Below, one piece after another: positions 35,280 through 45,630 of a DNA stretch of 48,262 nt. The position numbers and the translations under genes are program-made. Numbering within the stretch: position 1 is the stretch's first letter; each line of letters opens with the position of its first letter. The stretch comes from an uncultured bacterium (GTDB lineage: Bacteria; Acidobacteriota; Thermoanaerobaculia; Multivoradales; JAHZIX01), in the NCBI GenBank assembly GCA_965368975.1, contig CBDUPA010000032.1, positions 1 to 48,262 on the forward strand. The letters are read 5' to 3'. The notes under the pieces are model-generated. The model was not told where the DNA came from. It did no database searches and was given only the letters and a program-made list of their open reading frames with translations.

Positions 35280-36222
35280 TGTTGCAGGTGGAGGCCACGT
35301 AGGAGTCGCGCTTGAAGCGACCACCGGGACATACGAAGCTCCGGACGTTTATGCGCCGATCGAGTCTGAGTCCCTGTCCGAGAACCGCAATGACCAGAAG
35401 CGGAATCCGATCATTGGTCGGGCTGTCAACTCTGGCCTAGTCGAAGGCCGGGCACATGTTGAGGGTGAGATTGTGATGGAGTTTCTCCCGGAGATCTTCG
35501 TTTACTTCTTGACGGCTTCACGCTTCGGGAACAACATCGCCAAGACGGGTGTCGGCCCATACGTCTATACGGCAAACGATGATGCGGCCGCACATGTGAA
35601 GACCAACGCCCGCTCCCTGACGATTGTCATGGACAAGGCTGGTGTCGGCTTCGCATACCTCGGTTGCCAAGTGACCTCGTTCCGCTTCTTCTTCGAAGAG
35701 GGGATCCCGAAGGTCGCCATGAATGTCATCGGCAGGGAGCAGTCGGAGGACTACACCCCAGGCTCGGTGACTGCGCCGACTGAGACTCCGTTCGGAGCCG
35801 ATGAGGTTGCCATCACAGTGGCAGCTGGCGCCCGCACCGACATCGATTCATTCGAGATCAATCTGGATGATGAGGGTGAAGCGAAGTTCAACCTTTCGGG
35901 CGCGAGCGGAGCCGACTATGTGAAGTTCGGTGAGCACACCGGACAGGCCACCTTCGAAGTCGACTTCGAAAGCAAGGCCGACTACGCTATCTGGGTCGCC
36001 CGGACGGTGCAGGAAGTGAAGATGACTCTCACTAAGGGAGCCAATCAGATTGCAGTCGTAGAACTCCACGGAGCACTCTACGATTCGTTCGAGGTGAACT
36101 TGGAAGGCCTCGGGGATCAAGTCCGGGCAGCTGCGCAGCTTGATGCTTCGTACGTGACTGCGGACACTGCGGCCACCGAGATAGTGATCACCACCAACAC
36201 AGACCTGAGCGAAGTCAGCTGA
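35272..36222 (+). CDS. Major tail (tube) protein
   Basis: VGVALEATTGTY, SLTIVMDK, YLGCQV; precedes chaperones and TMP; no sheath gene. Confidence 0.8.
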   Translation: MPDVAGGGHVGVALEATTGTYEAPDVYAPIESESLSENRNDQKRNPIIGRAVNSGLVEGRAHVEGEIVMEFLPEIFVYFLTASRFGNNIAKTGVGPYVYTANDDAAAHVKTNARSLTIVMDKAGVGFAYLGCQVTSFRFFFEEGIPKVAMNVIGREQSEDYTPGSVTAPTETPFGADEVAITVAAGARTDIDSFEINLDDEGEAKFNLSGASGADYVKFGEHTGQATFEVDFESKADYAIWVARTVQEVKMTLTKGANQIAVVELHGALYDSFEVNLEGLGDQVRAAAQLDASYVTADTAATEIVITTNTDLSEVS

Positions 36223-36247
36223 GCTTAGGACAAGGAGGGTAAACGAA

Positions 36248-36634
36248 ATGGCAGACAAAATCGTAGAAGCCGGTCACCGACCGAGGCAGAAGCGGTATGA
36301 GTTGGAGACCATCGAAGGAGGCTGGGTCGAACTCAGAAGGCTCAACCATGGTGAGTCGAACGAGTTGTCGGACAATCGGCTGGCGTTCCACGTGCAGCAG
36401 GATGATGACAAGAAGAGCGAGGGAGCCAAGGCTGCAATCCAGTCGAAGCTCGGTCGGCATTATGCCTTCTCGAAGTGCATCGTGTCGCACAACCTTGGAG
36501 TCAACGGCAAACTGTTCGATTTCAAGAAGCGACGCGATGTCGATGACCTCGATGCCGTCATTGGGGACGAAATCGCCACGCTGATCGAGACTCACAATGA
36601 GACGTTGGAGGAGGCTGGTGACGTCCCAAACTGA
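36248..36634 (+). CDS. Tail assembly chaperone (G-like)
   Basis: Position; slippery heptamer at the 3' end. Confidence 0.75.
   Translation: MADKIVEAGHRPRQKRYELETIEGGWVELRRLNHGESNELSDNRLAFHVQQDDDKKSEGAKAAIQSKLGRHYAFSKCIVSHNLGVNGKLFDFKKRRDVDDLDAVIGDEIATLIETHNETLEEAGDVPN
36625..36631 (+). other. Programmed -1 ribosomal frameshift site C CCA AAC
   Basis: X XXY YYZ heptamer in the correct phase directly before TGA; the -1 frame is that of ORF 36634-36888. Confidence 0.85.
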
Positions 36635-36888
36635 TGAAGGAGTTGGACAGGCATTACCTTGCTGTGCTCTCGGATCCACCCAAGGCTTCGAGTGTCGGCA
36701 AGGTGGCCGGTCTGGCTGTCGAATTGGAGGGACTCTACCACCTTGGAATCTTGCCGGAAGCCGGAGGCTGGTTGGATCAAGACATGCGCAATGTCGAACT
36801 CATCCGATTAGCAGGCAGAGCAAGAGCGCGTAGAGAAGCGATCAACAAGCAGAAGACATCCAGATTCAAGAGACGGAAGAAGAGGTAG
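36634..36888 (+). CDS. Tail assembly chaperone frameshift extension (T-like)
   Basis: LPEAGGWLDQD motif; in the -1 frame of the upstream chaperone. Confidence 0.75.
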   Translation: MKELDRHYLAVLSDPPKASSVGKVAGLAVELEGLYHLGILPEAGGWLDQDMRNVELIRLAGRARARREAINKQKTSRFKRRKKR

Positions 36889-36893
36889 TCCGA

Positions 36894-39488
36894 GTGTCAG
36901 CCACCGCACAAGAAATGGCGTTGATCGTCCGAGCCAGAAATATGGCAAAGACCGAACTGCGTTCTGTCGGCAGCGATCTCGATGCACTGGAACGCAAGAC
37001 CGGCAGGATGGGCCAAGCGTTCGGAACTGCAGCGAAGGTCGCCAAGGTCGCAATGGTTGCGATCGGCGTTGCTGTCGTGGCTGGCCTTGCTGCGGGTGTC
37101 GGCGCTTGGGTTGGTTTCGATCAGAAGATGACAGAGTCGTTAGCCATCATGGGTCCAGCCGCGCAGGAGTGGAGGGATGAGATGGAGACGGCTGCGAGAG
37201 AAGTGGCGAAGACCACAACATTCTCCGCAGAAGAGGCAGCTGAGTCATACTTCTTCCTGGCGTCCGCGGGCATGAGCGCAGAGCAGTCGATTGCCGCGCT
37301 GCCTGCTGTCGCAGCTTTCGCACAGGCTGGCATGTTCGATATGGCTCTGGCTACTGACTTGGCAACTGACGCCCAGTCAGCGCTCGGGCTGGTCTCTGAT
37401 GATGCAGCCAAGAACTTGGAGAACATGACCCGGGTGACTGACGTCCTCGTTGGAGCTAACACCCTGGCGAATGCCTCGGTGCAACAGTTCTCAGAAGCGA
37501 TCACCAACAAAGCCGGTGCCGCGATGCGGGCTGTTGGCATGGACATCGAGGAAGGCACCGCGGTGCTTGCGGCTTTCGCCGACCAGGGTCTTAAGGGAGC
37601 CTCCGCCGGTACTGCTCTGCACATCGTTCTGCGAGATCTCCAGACTGCTGCGCTTAAGAACGTGGATGAGTTCTCTGAGCTTGGTGTGTCCGTCTTTGAT
37701 TCCCAGGGTGAAATGCGCAACATGGCGGATGTCGTGGGCGATCTCGAAGGGCTGCTTGATGGGATGTCTGACGCCCAGAGGAAGACCACTCTGGCGCAGC
37801 TTGGGTTCACTGACAAGTCAATGGGCTTCATCAACCAGCTGCTCGGCACCAGCGATGCGATCCGTGAATACGAAGGCGCGCTACGCGAGGCCGGAGGAGT
37901 CACTCAGGAGATCGCCGACAACCAACTCCAGTCACTCAGTGCACAATGGGACCTGTTCAAGTCGAAGATTATTGATGTGTTCATCGGGCTTGGCAAGCAG
38001 CTTTCTCCTGCGCTCAACAAGATCATGGAAGTGCTCGGAGACTTCGCCGAGAACGTTCTACCCCGAGTCGTTGAGAAACTGCAAGAGTGGGGTGCGATCG
38101 TCATGGAGGTTGGTCGAGCGATCTTCGAACACCTGGTCGCTGCCGTACAAGCAGTCATCAGTTGGTGGCAGGACTTGAGTCCGGAGATGCAGGATGCCAT
38201 TAGGTTTGGTGGAATCTTGGCGGGCGTGTTCATTGCCCTCGCTGCCGCGGTGGGCTTGCTCACCACTGCCCTTGGCATCCTGGCTTCTCCGATTCTCTTG
38301 GTCATCGCAGCCATCGTTGCGATCGGCGCAGGACTCAAGCTTGCTTACGATAAGTTTGAGACCTTCCGCAACATCGTAGATGCTGTCATCAAGTGGTTCA
38401 GGGAGGACGCGCTTGAGACCTTCGAGAAGGCCTGGGCTGCAATTGTCTCCGCGGTGGAGACGGCTTGGGCTGCGATCAAGCTGGCCTTCGTAACCGTATC
38501 TGAATTTCTGCAAGATCTTTGGAACAGTTGGGGTGAGGAGATCTTGGCAATGGCTCAGGTGGCGTGGGAGTTGATCGTGACCTCCATCGAAACAGCCTGG
38601 GCTTTCATCAAGGACGTGTTCGAGACTTCCGTAGAAATCATAAAGTTCATCTGGGAGAACTGGGGTGAAACCCTACTATCGCTGGCGCGTACTACTTGGG
38701 AGTTCATCACTGGTGTCATCGAAGGTGCCTGGGATCTAATCAAGGGGATCTTCCAAACTGCTACCGCGATTCTGAAGGGTGATTGGGAAGGCCTCTGGAA
38801 CGGATTGAAAGATGTCGCTTCAGCCGCTTGGGGTTTGGTTACAATTTGGTTCGGAACTGCCATCGCTGTGTTCAAGGCGATCTGGGAGGCAGCCTGGACC
38901 GGAGTCAGCATCTTCTTCAAGGGGATCTGGACCGGGCTAACATTCGCAGCCTCTGCAGCCTGGTCGGTGTTCATTGGATTCTGGAATCGGGTGTGGCAGA
39001 TCTTCAAGTCTGGTTGGGATTTGGTCTGGGGCACTCTGTCGGATGCAGTCAGTACAGCCTTCGGTGGTGTAGTCGGCGTAGTCGGTGGGATTCTGCAGAG
39101 CGTAGTCAACATTTTCAACACAGCAGTCAACGCAATCAAGGACACGATCAACAAGCTGATCAGCGCTTACAATGCAATACCGATCGCTCCCGACATCCCA
39201 CTCATCGGCTCGGGTGGTGGCAAGAAGAACATCACTATTCCCCACATGGCTCGGGGTGGCAAGACGATTGTCGGAGGACTATCGCTGGTCGGTGAGAACG
39301 GACCGGAGCTTCTCAACATGAACCGCGGTGCGACGGTAACTCCGTTGCCCACGAACAGCAACAGTGGTTCGCTCGGCAGTCCGACTGAGGTTCACCTCCA
39401 CATTCACGGAGTAGATCTCTCTGACTCTCGGGCAGCGATCGAGAAGATCCGCGAGGGCATCCGCCAACTTGATCTGGAGGCTTCGTAA
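36894..39488 (+). CDS. Tape measure protein
   Basis: TP901-type core (TTFSAEEAAE...LASAG), Trp-spaced 11/22-aa repeats, C-terminal MARGG...VGENGPE. Confidence 0.95.
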   Translation: MSATAQEMALIVRARNMAKTELRSVGSDLDALERKTGRMGQAFGTAAKVAKVAMVAIGVAVVAGLAAGVGAWVGFDQKMTESLAIMGPAAQEWRDEMETAAREVAKTTTFSAEEAAESYFFLASAGMSAEQSIAALPAVAAFAQAGMFDMALATDLATDAQSALGLVSDDAAKNLENMTRVTDVLVGANTLANASVQQFSEAITNKAGAAMRAVGMDIEEGTAVLAAFADQGLKGASAGTALHIVLRDLQTAALKNVDEFSELGVSVFDSQGEMRNMADVVGDLEGLLDGMSDAQRKTTLAQLGFTDKSMGFINQLLGTSDAIREYEGALREAGGVTQEIADNQLQSLSAQWDLFKSKIIDVFIGLGKQLSPALNKIMEVLGDFAENVLPRVVEKLQEWGAIVMEVGRAIFEHLVAAVQAVISWWQDLSPEMQDAIRFGGILAGVFIALAAAVGLLTTALGILASPILLVIAAIVAIGAGLKLAYDKFETFRNIVDAVIKWFREDALETFEKAWAAIVSAVETAWAAIKLAFVTVSEFLQDLWNSWGEEILAMAQVAWELIVTSIETAWAFIKDVFETSVEIIKFIWENWGETLLSLARTTWEFITGVIEGAWDLIKGIFQTATAILKGDWEGLWNGLKDVASAAWGLVTIWFGTAIAVFKAIWEAAWTGVSIFFKGIWTGLTFAASAAWSVFIGFWNRVWQIFKSGWDLVWGTLSDAVSTAFGGVVGVVGGILQSVVNIFNTAVNAIKDTINKLISAYNAIPIAPDIPLIGSGGGKKNITIPHMARGGKTIVGGLSLVGENGPELLNMNRGATVTPLPTNSNSGSLGSPTEVHLHIHGVDLSDSRAAIEKIREGIRQLDLEAS

Positions 39489-40717
39489 TGGCAGGCACAC
39501 TACAGCTGGCCAGGATTGGCGCTGTACTCGAACTCGATCCTATGGGCTTCCAGTTGCGAGGTCAGGAGTCTGGCCGGACACTACAAATCGTAGGAGAGAT
39601 TGCTCCGGCTGACGCCGATGAAGCGAAGTCGATTCGCAACGAGCTTTGGCGCATGAGCGAGAACCGAGACCTGGTTGTCCCGCTCGCGTATACGCAGGAC
39701 TCCTCGCTCGATGGCCTCTACCGATTGCTGTCGGCTGATGTCTCGATTGAGATGGTGTCGCTGTCGGGCTGGTACCCCTTCAGAGCCTCGCTGAAGCCTT
39801 ACGGAGCGGCTGGGCGAGCAGCTGTCGAGTCTCGCATTATTGGCGGGCTGCGGGCCAATGACCACTCAATCACGGCAGGCACATCGGAACCCTACCACGC
39901 AGTACCCTCCACAGCGATCGCTTATGACCCAGGAGCCACCATCCCCACCCGAATGACTCGAACCTTCGATGGTGTGACGATGCATGTCTACCGAGATGTG
40001 GACAACACCGTCAGCCCGATCTGGTCCATTCCTCCTGCCAATTTCTACGATGGCGCAGCCCGGGCTGAAGTAGGCACAACTCTGCGGGTTCTCTCGGGCC
40101 TCGATTCTGAGAACCTGCCCACTGCCTGGCTCATGAGTAACGACGGAGTGCGAGTCAAGCTGACCACTTCCATTCCGACAGGGATGCTGAGTGTCGAGCA
40201 CTACGATGGATCCCAATGGGAGACAGCCAAGATTTGGAAGGTGGTCGCTGCAGGCTCGACAGTCAACACCTGGCACGCTCTGTCGATTCTCAGGAACGAT
40301 GCGGCCGCAGTCTCCATCCGTCTCACCCATAACCGCGCCAGCGGAGGAGCCATCACTCTCGATCTCACCCTGCGCCGAGGATCAAGATTCCTGGAAGGCA
40401 GGATCAGCAACCCAGCAGCATCCAGCAGCTTCGAAGTCAGCCGTGGGGATACGACGGAAGCAGCCACCGCGATTACGGGTGGTGCTCGGGCGACTGCGAC
40501 TGACGGTGATGGGAACCGCTATGTTGTCGGATCGACCAAGACTGTTACCCTCGCTGCTACAGGAGGGATCCACCGAGGCACCTCCAGCACCACTTGGGAT
40601 TTCTTCATCGGCAGCGAGATTGGTGCAACCGGTGCTGCCTCCGGTGATGCGGCAGCCGATCTGATCAACCAGTACCACGGATACATAACTGAGACTCTCA
40701 ACCCGGTGAGACGATGA
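39488..40717 (+). CDS. Minor tail protein (distal tail-like)
   Basis: Directly follows TMP; beta-rich. Confidence 0.65.
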   Translation: MAGTLQLARIGAVLELDPMGFQLRGQESGRTLQIVGEIAPADADEAKSIRNELWRMSENRDLVVPLAYTQDSSLDGLYRLLSADVSIEMVSLSGWYPFRASLKPYGAAGRAAVESRIIGGLRANDHSITAGTSEPYHAVPSTAIAYDPGATIPTRMTRTFDGVTMHVYRDVDNTVSPIWSIPPANFYDGAARAEVGTTLRVLSGLDSENLPTAWLMSNDGVRVKLTTSIPTGMLSVEHYDGSQWETAKIWKVVAAGSTVNTWHALSILRNDAAAVSIRLTHNRASGGAITLDLTLRRGSRFLEGRISNPAASSSFEVSRGDTTEAATAITGGARATATDGDGNRYVVGSTKTVTLAATGGIHRGTSSTTWDFFIGSEIGATGAASGDAAADLINQYHGYITETLNPVRR

Positions 40718-43700
40718 CGTACACCAAGAAGCTGATGGCCCAAGGCCAGTGGTCACTGCGGCTCAAGGAGGAAGCTCCGGAGCAGCTAATCGACAAGATC
40801 GAGTACGCGGGACACATCGTCATCACCAACGAGCGTATCGACATCGAAGCCATGTCCGACTCCGAAATCTTGACAAAGGCCAAGTACGTTGGAGTCGTAA
40901 CCAAGAAGCCGACATCCGAGGTGCAACGCTACGGTGGCTTCGGTCTGGTCTGGTGGCTTGGCTCGCAAGGACGTGGCAAGATCTTCCGTGGGGCTTCTGC
41001 GATTTCCTGGACCAACGAGGCCTTCGAAGATGCGATCGATGACATCCTGGCTGCACCCACACCGATCACCAAGAACGACATCGAGACGACAGCCGGAACC
41101 TACACGCAGGACTTCGATCTGAAGAACCAACGGGAGGTTCTCGAAGTCCTCACCACTGCCTTCGGTGCAGAGTATCGAGTCAACAATGACTTTACCTTGG
41201 ATGCTGGAGCCTCGGGCTACCTCTACAACTCAACGCCCACTGCAGTCATGGCTCGCAAGTTTGCTGGTCGGGATCCCGAGCATGATGGATTGTTGGTGCG
41301 CAACCTCAGTGTCGATGGAGATATCGAAGACTTCACCACCACCGCGATTGTCGCAGCTGAAGGCACTGGCGAAACTTTGATCACCGAAGAAGTGTCGCTG
41401 GCCGACAAACTCTTCCTTGATCCGCAAGGCAACGACATCGATCGAAGTTTCGTAGTCAACGAGCCTTCGACATCGAGCGCCAATGCATCCGACCGGGCGC
41501 AGGCCTACCTCGATGCCTACGGAACCATACGCAAGGCTGTGAAGGTTGACCTCGATGACTTTGACATCGAAGGGCAGTTCGTACTGGGTGACTTGATCTA
41601 CATTTGGGATCCGAAGACTCAGCTGACCGACACCGACAACGAGTGGCACTACCGAGGACAAATGCTGAACCCGATCGCCATTCGGGTGGTCGGAGAGACC
41701 GAGCCGATACGTGCAGGCAATGGTGTTTACTACCGGGACACTGCTGCTACTCCCAACTACACAGATCTCTCAGACCACTTCGAGCCGGAGACGGGCACCT
41801 CCAAGATCGAGGTGAGCGCATCCAGCCGCAACTTGGTGAACGGAGAATCCGCTACGCTGGATGCCAGGATCTCGATCGACCCTGACGGCAACGACACTAT
41901 AGGTCCGGACACGCCCGCGCATGCGAGCACACCTTGGCTCTCGACTACCTACCTCGATGTCATGGGCATCAGGAAGTCGCGAATTGTTCCGGTGTGGGAT
42001 ACCCCTCTGAACACGGACGCCACCGCGGTGACAGATGGCTCGCACTACACCGTTCGTTATCGTCAGAACGGTCAGACCGAGTATCAGTACCTGTCTGTCG
42101 ACTGGGGAGTGAACACTTGCTCGCTCAACGAGCTTGCTCCGGGAGTCGTGTATGAAATCTCGGTGGCGGCTTCGGACGTCAACGGCAACACCTCAACCTA
42201 CGCTGCCGACGAATCCGTGACAGCAGCACAAGCCACTGGAGTTCCTTCACAACCCTCGGTGCCGACGGTGGCAGGCAATGCCTTGAACATCCAAGTCGTG
42301 CATGACCTCACCAAGAATGCTGGCGGCAATCTTGAAGACGACATCGATCACCTGGTTGTCTACGGGCACACCTCCTCGGGCTTCACACCATCGAGCGCCA
42401 ACCGGCTGGGCGAGATCGGAGCGACGGCTTCACACATAAACCTCGGAGTGCCTGTCGTCGGCACCTTCCCGCTCGAAGACACTGCGACTCGATACGTGGT
42501 GGTTACCGCGGTTGATCGGGAGGGTAACGAATCCGCCAAGTCACCCGAGGCCACCGTCACCGCGGACCTCATCGACACTCAGCACATCACCAATGCTGCG
42601 ATCACGAACGCACTCATTGACAACCTCGCAGTCACTGACGCCAAGATAGTTTCCCTGACTGCGGACAAGCTGACCGCTGGCGAGATCGATGCTGCTGTAA
42701 TCGATGTGGTCAACCTCAAAGCCGAAGAGATTCAGACGGGCACGTTGGGAGTCATCACACTCACCCTGTCGAACTCTGCCTCCTCCAAGATTCAATCGTT
42801 TGACGGCACCACCCTCATCATCCGAGGTGACGGGTACTTCAAGGCTGTCAGTGGCGACATCGGAAACCTGGATATCATCGACACCCTGACCATCGAAAGT
42901 GGTGGAGCGATCTACTCCTCCTCAGCGACCAGCCGGGTTGAGCTTGTCTACGCTTCGTTAGCAGGAGAGTCTGATGCGATACCTTCGGTGCTCTGGCGTA
43001 GCGGAGGGACGGTTGGTGGCAAGATTCAAGTTGAAGCTAGTACGCCAGACAGATTCCACATCGAGTCAGACAACGGTGCAGACATGTGGGTGTACTCGGA
43101 TGATGCCTTTTACCTGACTGCAAGCGGAGTGATCTACCTTGGCGGCACCGGCACCGCGTATTACAACTACATCGAAATCAATCAGGCCAACGATGATGTC
43201 GGCTTGTTCGTGGGTGCATCTTCAGCAGTTGAAGTTCTCAGAGCGCAGCATAACGCTGGCAGCCAGCAAGTACTAATTACGTATGGAAGCGCAGGCAACC
43301 CTGGCCTTGGGTTTATTGGCAATGCGACTACTGGCATCTACAGGGCAGACACCAATCGTCTGGCAATTGCGACTGGAGGTGTCGGTAGGTACGCGGTGGA
43401 CACTCAAGGCAGGTTCCGCACCGAGGCCTTTACGACAGGTTCTGCTTTGCTGGCTGCTGATGGTGCAGGCTCCTTGTCCGCTCCACCCCACAGCTTTGCA
43501 GGAGACACTGACACTGGCGCTTACCGGTATGGCGTTGACGAATACGGTATTTCAGCCGGAGGTGCTGAGATGGCGCGGTTCAAGAACACCACTATTGATG
43601 AAGCCAGAATCTTGCCTGCATATAGCAACACGTCATCCGGAGACGCTACAGTAGGAGTGACCTCAACCGGGTTGCTACGCCGACAGACTTCTGCCCGCAA

Positions 43701-44022
43701 GTACAAGAAGTACATCAAAGATGCCGACTGGTTGGCAGACATCGTGCTTCGCCCAGTCGAGTATAAAACTAAGGTTCTCAGCGCGTCCGTCAAGGAAGAG
43801 GGCGCGTCAAGGCATCTTTTCGGATTTATCGCTGATGAGATCGCAGAGCAAGAGGTTGATGCCGCAAGGTTCAGCCCAGAGGGTGAAGTCGAAGATTTCC
43901 ATGACCGGGCTGTCATGGCCGTCTTGGCTGCGAAGGTGAACCGTCTCGAAGATACGGTTAGGAAGCAACAGGAGGAACTGGATGAATGTAGACGAATTGC
44001 TCGAACTCACGCGGCGGCTTGA
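40714..44022 (+). CDS. Tail tip / central fibre protein with FN3-like domains and C-terminal S74-type chaperone
   Basis: LAPGVVYEISVAASDVNGNTS FN3 motif, ITNAxI repeats, SARKYK...LRPVEY...GFIADEI chaperone and terminal coiled coil. Confidence 0.8.
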   Translation: MTYTKKLMAQGQWSLRLKEEAPEQLIDKIEYAGHIVITNERIDIEAMSDSEILTKAKYVGVVTKKPTSEVQRYGGFGLVWWLGSQGRGKIFRGASAISWTNEAFEDAIDDILAAPTPITKNDIETTAGTYTQDFDLKNQREVLEVLTTAFGAEYRVNNDFTLDAGASGYLYNSTPTAVMARKFAGRDPEHDGLLVRNLSVDGDIEDFTTTAIVAAEGTGETLITEEVSLADKLFLDPQGNDIDRSFVVNEPSTSSANASDRAQAYLDAYGTIRKAVKVDLDDFDIEGQFVLGDLIYIWDPKTQLTDTDNEWHYRGQMLNPIAIRVVGETEPIRAGNGVYYRDTAATPNYTDLSDHFEPETGTSKIEVSASSRNLVNGESATLDARISIDPDGNDTIGPDTPAHASTPWLSTTYLDVMGIRKSRIVPVWDTPLNTDATAVTDGSHYTVRYRQNGQTEYQYLSVDWGVNTCSLNELAPGVVYEISVAASDVNGNTSTYAADESVTAAQATGVPSQPSVPTVAGNALNIQVVHDLTKNAGGNLEDDIDHLVVYGHTSSGFTPSSANRLGEIGATASHINLGVPVVGTFPLEDTATRYVVVTAVDREGNESAKSPEATVTADLIDTQHITNAAITNALIDNLAVTDAKIVSLTADKLTAGEIDAAVIDVVNLKAEEIQTGTLGVITLTLSNSASSKIQSFDGTTLIIRGDGYFKAVSGDIGNLDIIDTLTIESGGAIYSSSATSRVELVYASLAGESDAIPSVLWRSGGTVGGKIQVEASTPDRFHIESDNGADMWVYSDDAFYLTASGVIYLGGTGTAYYNYIEINQANDDVGLFVGASSAVEVLRAQHNAGSQQVLITYGSAGNPGLGFIGNATTGIYRADTNRLAIATGGVGRYAVDTQGRFRTEAFTTGSALLAADGAGSLSAPPHSFAGDTDTGAYRYGVDEYGISAGGAEMARFKNTTIDEARILPAYSNTSSGDATVGVTSTGLLRRQTSARKYKKYIKDADWLADIVLRPVEYKTKVLSASVKEEGASRHLFGFIADEIAEQEVDAARFSPEGEVEDFHDRAVMAVLAAKVNRLEDTVRKQQEELDECRRIARTHAAA

Positions 44023-44221
44023 TCGAGCCGAACAAGCCAATAAGGAGCTTCAGCGGATGCTGATCGGCTTCGCTCTGAAGGACATGGATGCCAAGGGTGT
44101 TGCCCGACTGGAGAAGCCCATCTTGAACAAGACGAACGACTTCCGAATTGAGATCGAGCCGTTGAAGTCCGGTTCACTGAAGTTCAAGGTGACCAAGAAG
44201 GAGGATGCCAATGGCGGTTAG
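43982..44221 (+). CDS. Hypothetical protein
   Basis: AGGAGG RBS; 79 aa coiled protein. Confidence 0.6.
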   Translation: MNVDELLELTRRLDRAEQANKELQRMLIGFALKDMDAKGVARLEKPILNKTNDFRIEIEPLKSGSLKFKVTKKEDANGG

Positions 44222-45152
44222 CACTCAGACGCTTCGGGAGGAGTATCCCGAGGCCATCACCCAGTGGGATCCACTGCGCTGTGATTACAGCGAGACGGTG
44301 GCAGTTCGGTTCCCTGCGAAGGGTTCCGCATATCCTCTGGGCTACGTCAATCTGAAGATCCATCCAGCACTCGTTGACGGCACAAGGGCTCTCGCTGCAG
44401 TTATGCTTTTCTACGATTACAGCTTTGAGGAGACAGCCGGTGGCACACTCAGCTGCCGGGCGATCACCGGAGGCTCGAACACCTCGGGGCACGCCCACGC
44501 AGTTTGCCTCGATTTCAACCCTTCGAAGAACGGCTACAGACACGTGGTCGGTGCTCTCGATGATCCTGACACGGAACATCAAGAGGGCTTGCTTCAGTGG
44601 GGCCGATACACGAACATGCCCGCAGCGATGATCCGTGCAATCAAAGCCATCAAGACAATCTCCGGTGCCCGGTTCTGGGCTTGGGGTGGCGACTGGTGGA
44701 ACATCAAGGATCCGATGCACTTTCAGCCAGCAGCGCATCGCGACTCAATCGAGGCTGGCCTGGACACCAATACAGTCGAAGGCTTGTCAGAGTACCTGGC
44801 TTGGGCTGGTATCGAGGAGGAAGAAATGCCAGAGGGATTCCTGCCGCTCAAGTTCAATGACGGCACAGGAGATCGAGAGCACAAGAAGTCGGACGTCGCA
44901 GCAGTGGCCGCGATGATGGAGCGGGCCTACGGGATCGATCTCGACAACGACGGCCACTACGATGAGAAGATGAAGGCAGCGGTTGCCGAACACCTCGGGG
45001 ACAATGGCTCCTCGATTTACGGCAACCTCTACGACAACCTGGTGTGGGACCTTGCGGTTGCAGCCGCCAAGACCGTCACACCTCCGGCCTCGGGCATGCC
45101 TGAGTTCGAAGTAGAAACTGTATCCGTAGTGAAAGGAATCAAGGTCTTATGA
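44211..45152 (+). CDS. Endolysin, M15-family metallopeptidase
   Basis: CRAITGG..SxHxxxxxxDxNP and WGGDW...DPMHFQ motifs; C-terminal wall-binding-like region. Confidence 0.9.
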   Translation: MAVSTQTLREEYPEAITQWDPLRCDYSETVAVRFPAKGSAYPLGYVNLKIHPALVDGTRALAAVMLFYDYSFEETAGGTLSCRAITGGSNTSGHAHAVCLDFNPSKNGYRHVVGALDDPDTEHQEGLLQWGRYTNMPAAMIRAIKAIKTISGARFWAWGGDWWNIKDPMHFQPAAHRDSIEAGLDTNTVEGLSEYLAWAGIEEEEMPEGFLPLKFNDGTGDREHKKSDVAAVAAMMERAYGIDLDNDGHYDEKMKAAVAEHLGDNGSSIYGNLYDNLVWDLAVAAAKTVTPPASGMPEFEVETVSVVKGIKVL

Positions 45153-45490
45153 TCGAACTGGACTTCGTAGCGGTCTCGGTGATCATCGGCACCCTGCTGC
45201 CGTTGGTAATCTCGCTGCTCAAGAACGTACCACGGACGTGGCCACGTCAAGTCGTGAAGGCTCTGGCTCTTGTCGTCGCTGTTATCGCAGCGGTTGTGCA
45301 AGTCGGAGTCGATCTCGGCTGGACCGAGTTGTCGTTCTCACAAGTGTTCGCGTCCTTCGGCGTCATCTACGCTCTTGCCCAAACCACATACAAGGGCATC
45401 TGGGAAGACACCGCACTGGAGATCGGGTTGGCACTGAGCTTCAACAAGGAAGCTCCGCTCCCGCCAGAGGACTTGTCAGAACTCGCATAA
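45149..45490 (+). CDS. Holin
   Basis: 2-3 hydrophobic helices, directly after the endolysin. Confidence 0.75.
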   Translation: MIELDFVAVSVIIGTLLPLVISLLKNVPRTWPRQVVKALALVVAVIAAVVQVGVDLGWTELSFSQVFASFGVIYALAQTTYKGIWEDTALEIGLALSFNKEAPLPPEDLSELA

Positions 45491-45495
45491 GTCAA

Positions 45496-45546
45496 GACAC
45501 CCGGAGCCGTCCAGCTTCCGAAACCCTCCTGGCGGCTTCGGGTGTC
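45496..45546 (+). terminator. Long hairpin ending the late operon
   Basis: GACACCCGGAGCCGTCCAG pairs with CTGGCGGCTTCGGGTGTC; no U tract. Confidence 0.6.
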
Positions 45547-45570
45547 CTCGCGTCTGCTATCCGAAAAGAG

Positions 45571-45630
45571 TAGACATCCCTGAATGAGCGATACTATACT
45601 GGCGGTACGGCTACATAAGGAGACGCCATG
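45571..45630 (+). promoter_or_regulatory. Sigma70-type promoter and conserved leader, copy C
   Basis: TAGACA-18nt-TATACT-GGCG then ACGGCTACATAAGGAGACGCCATG. Confidence 0.75.

Noticed and set aside
40714-44022. Diversity-generating retroelement targeting the tail fibre
   Set aside because: No reverse transcriptase and no adenine-specific template/variable repeat pair; the similarity to 21477-21794 is at protein-motif level.
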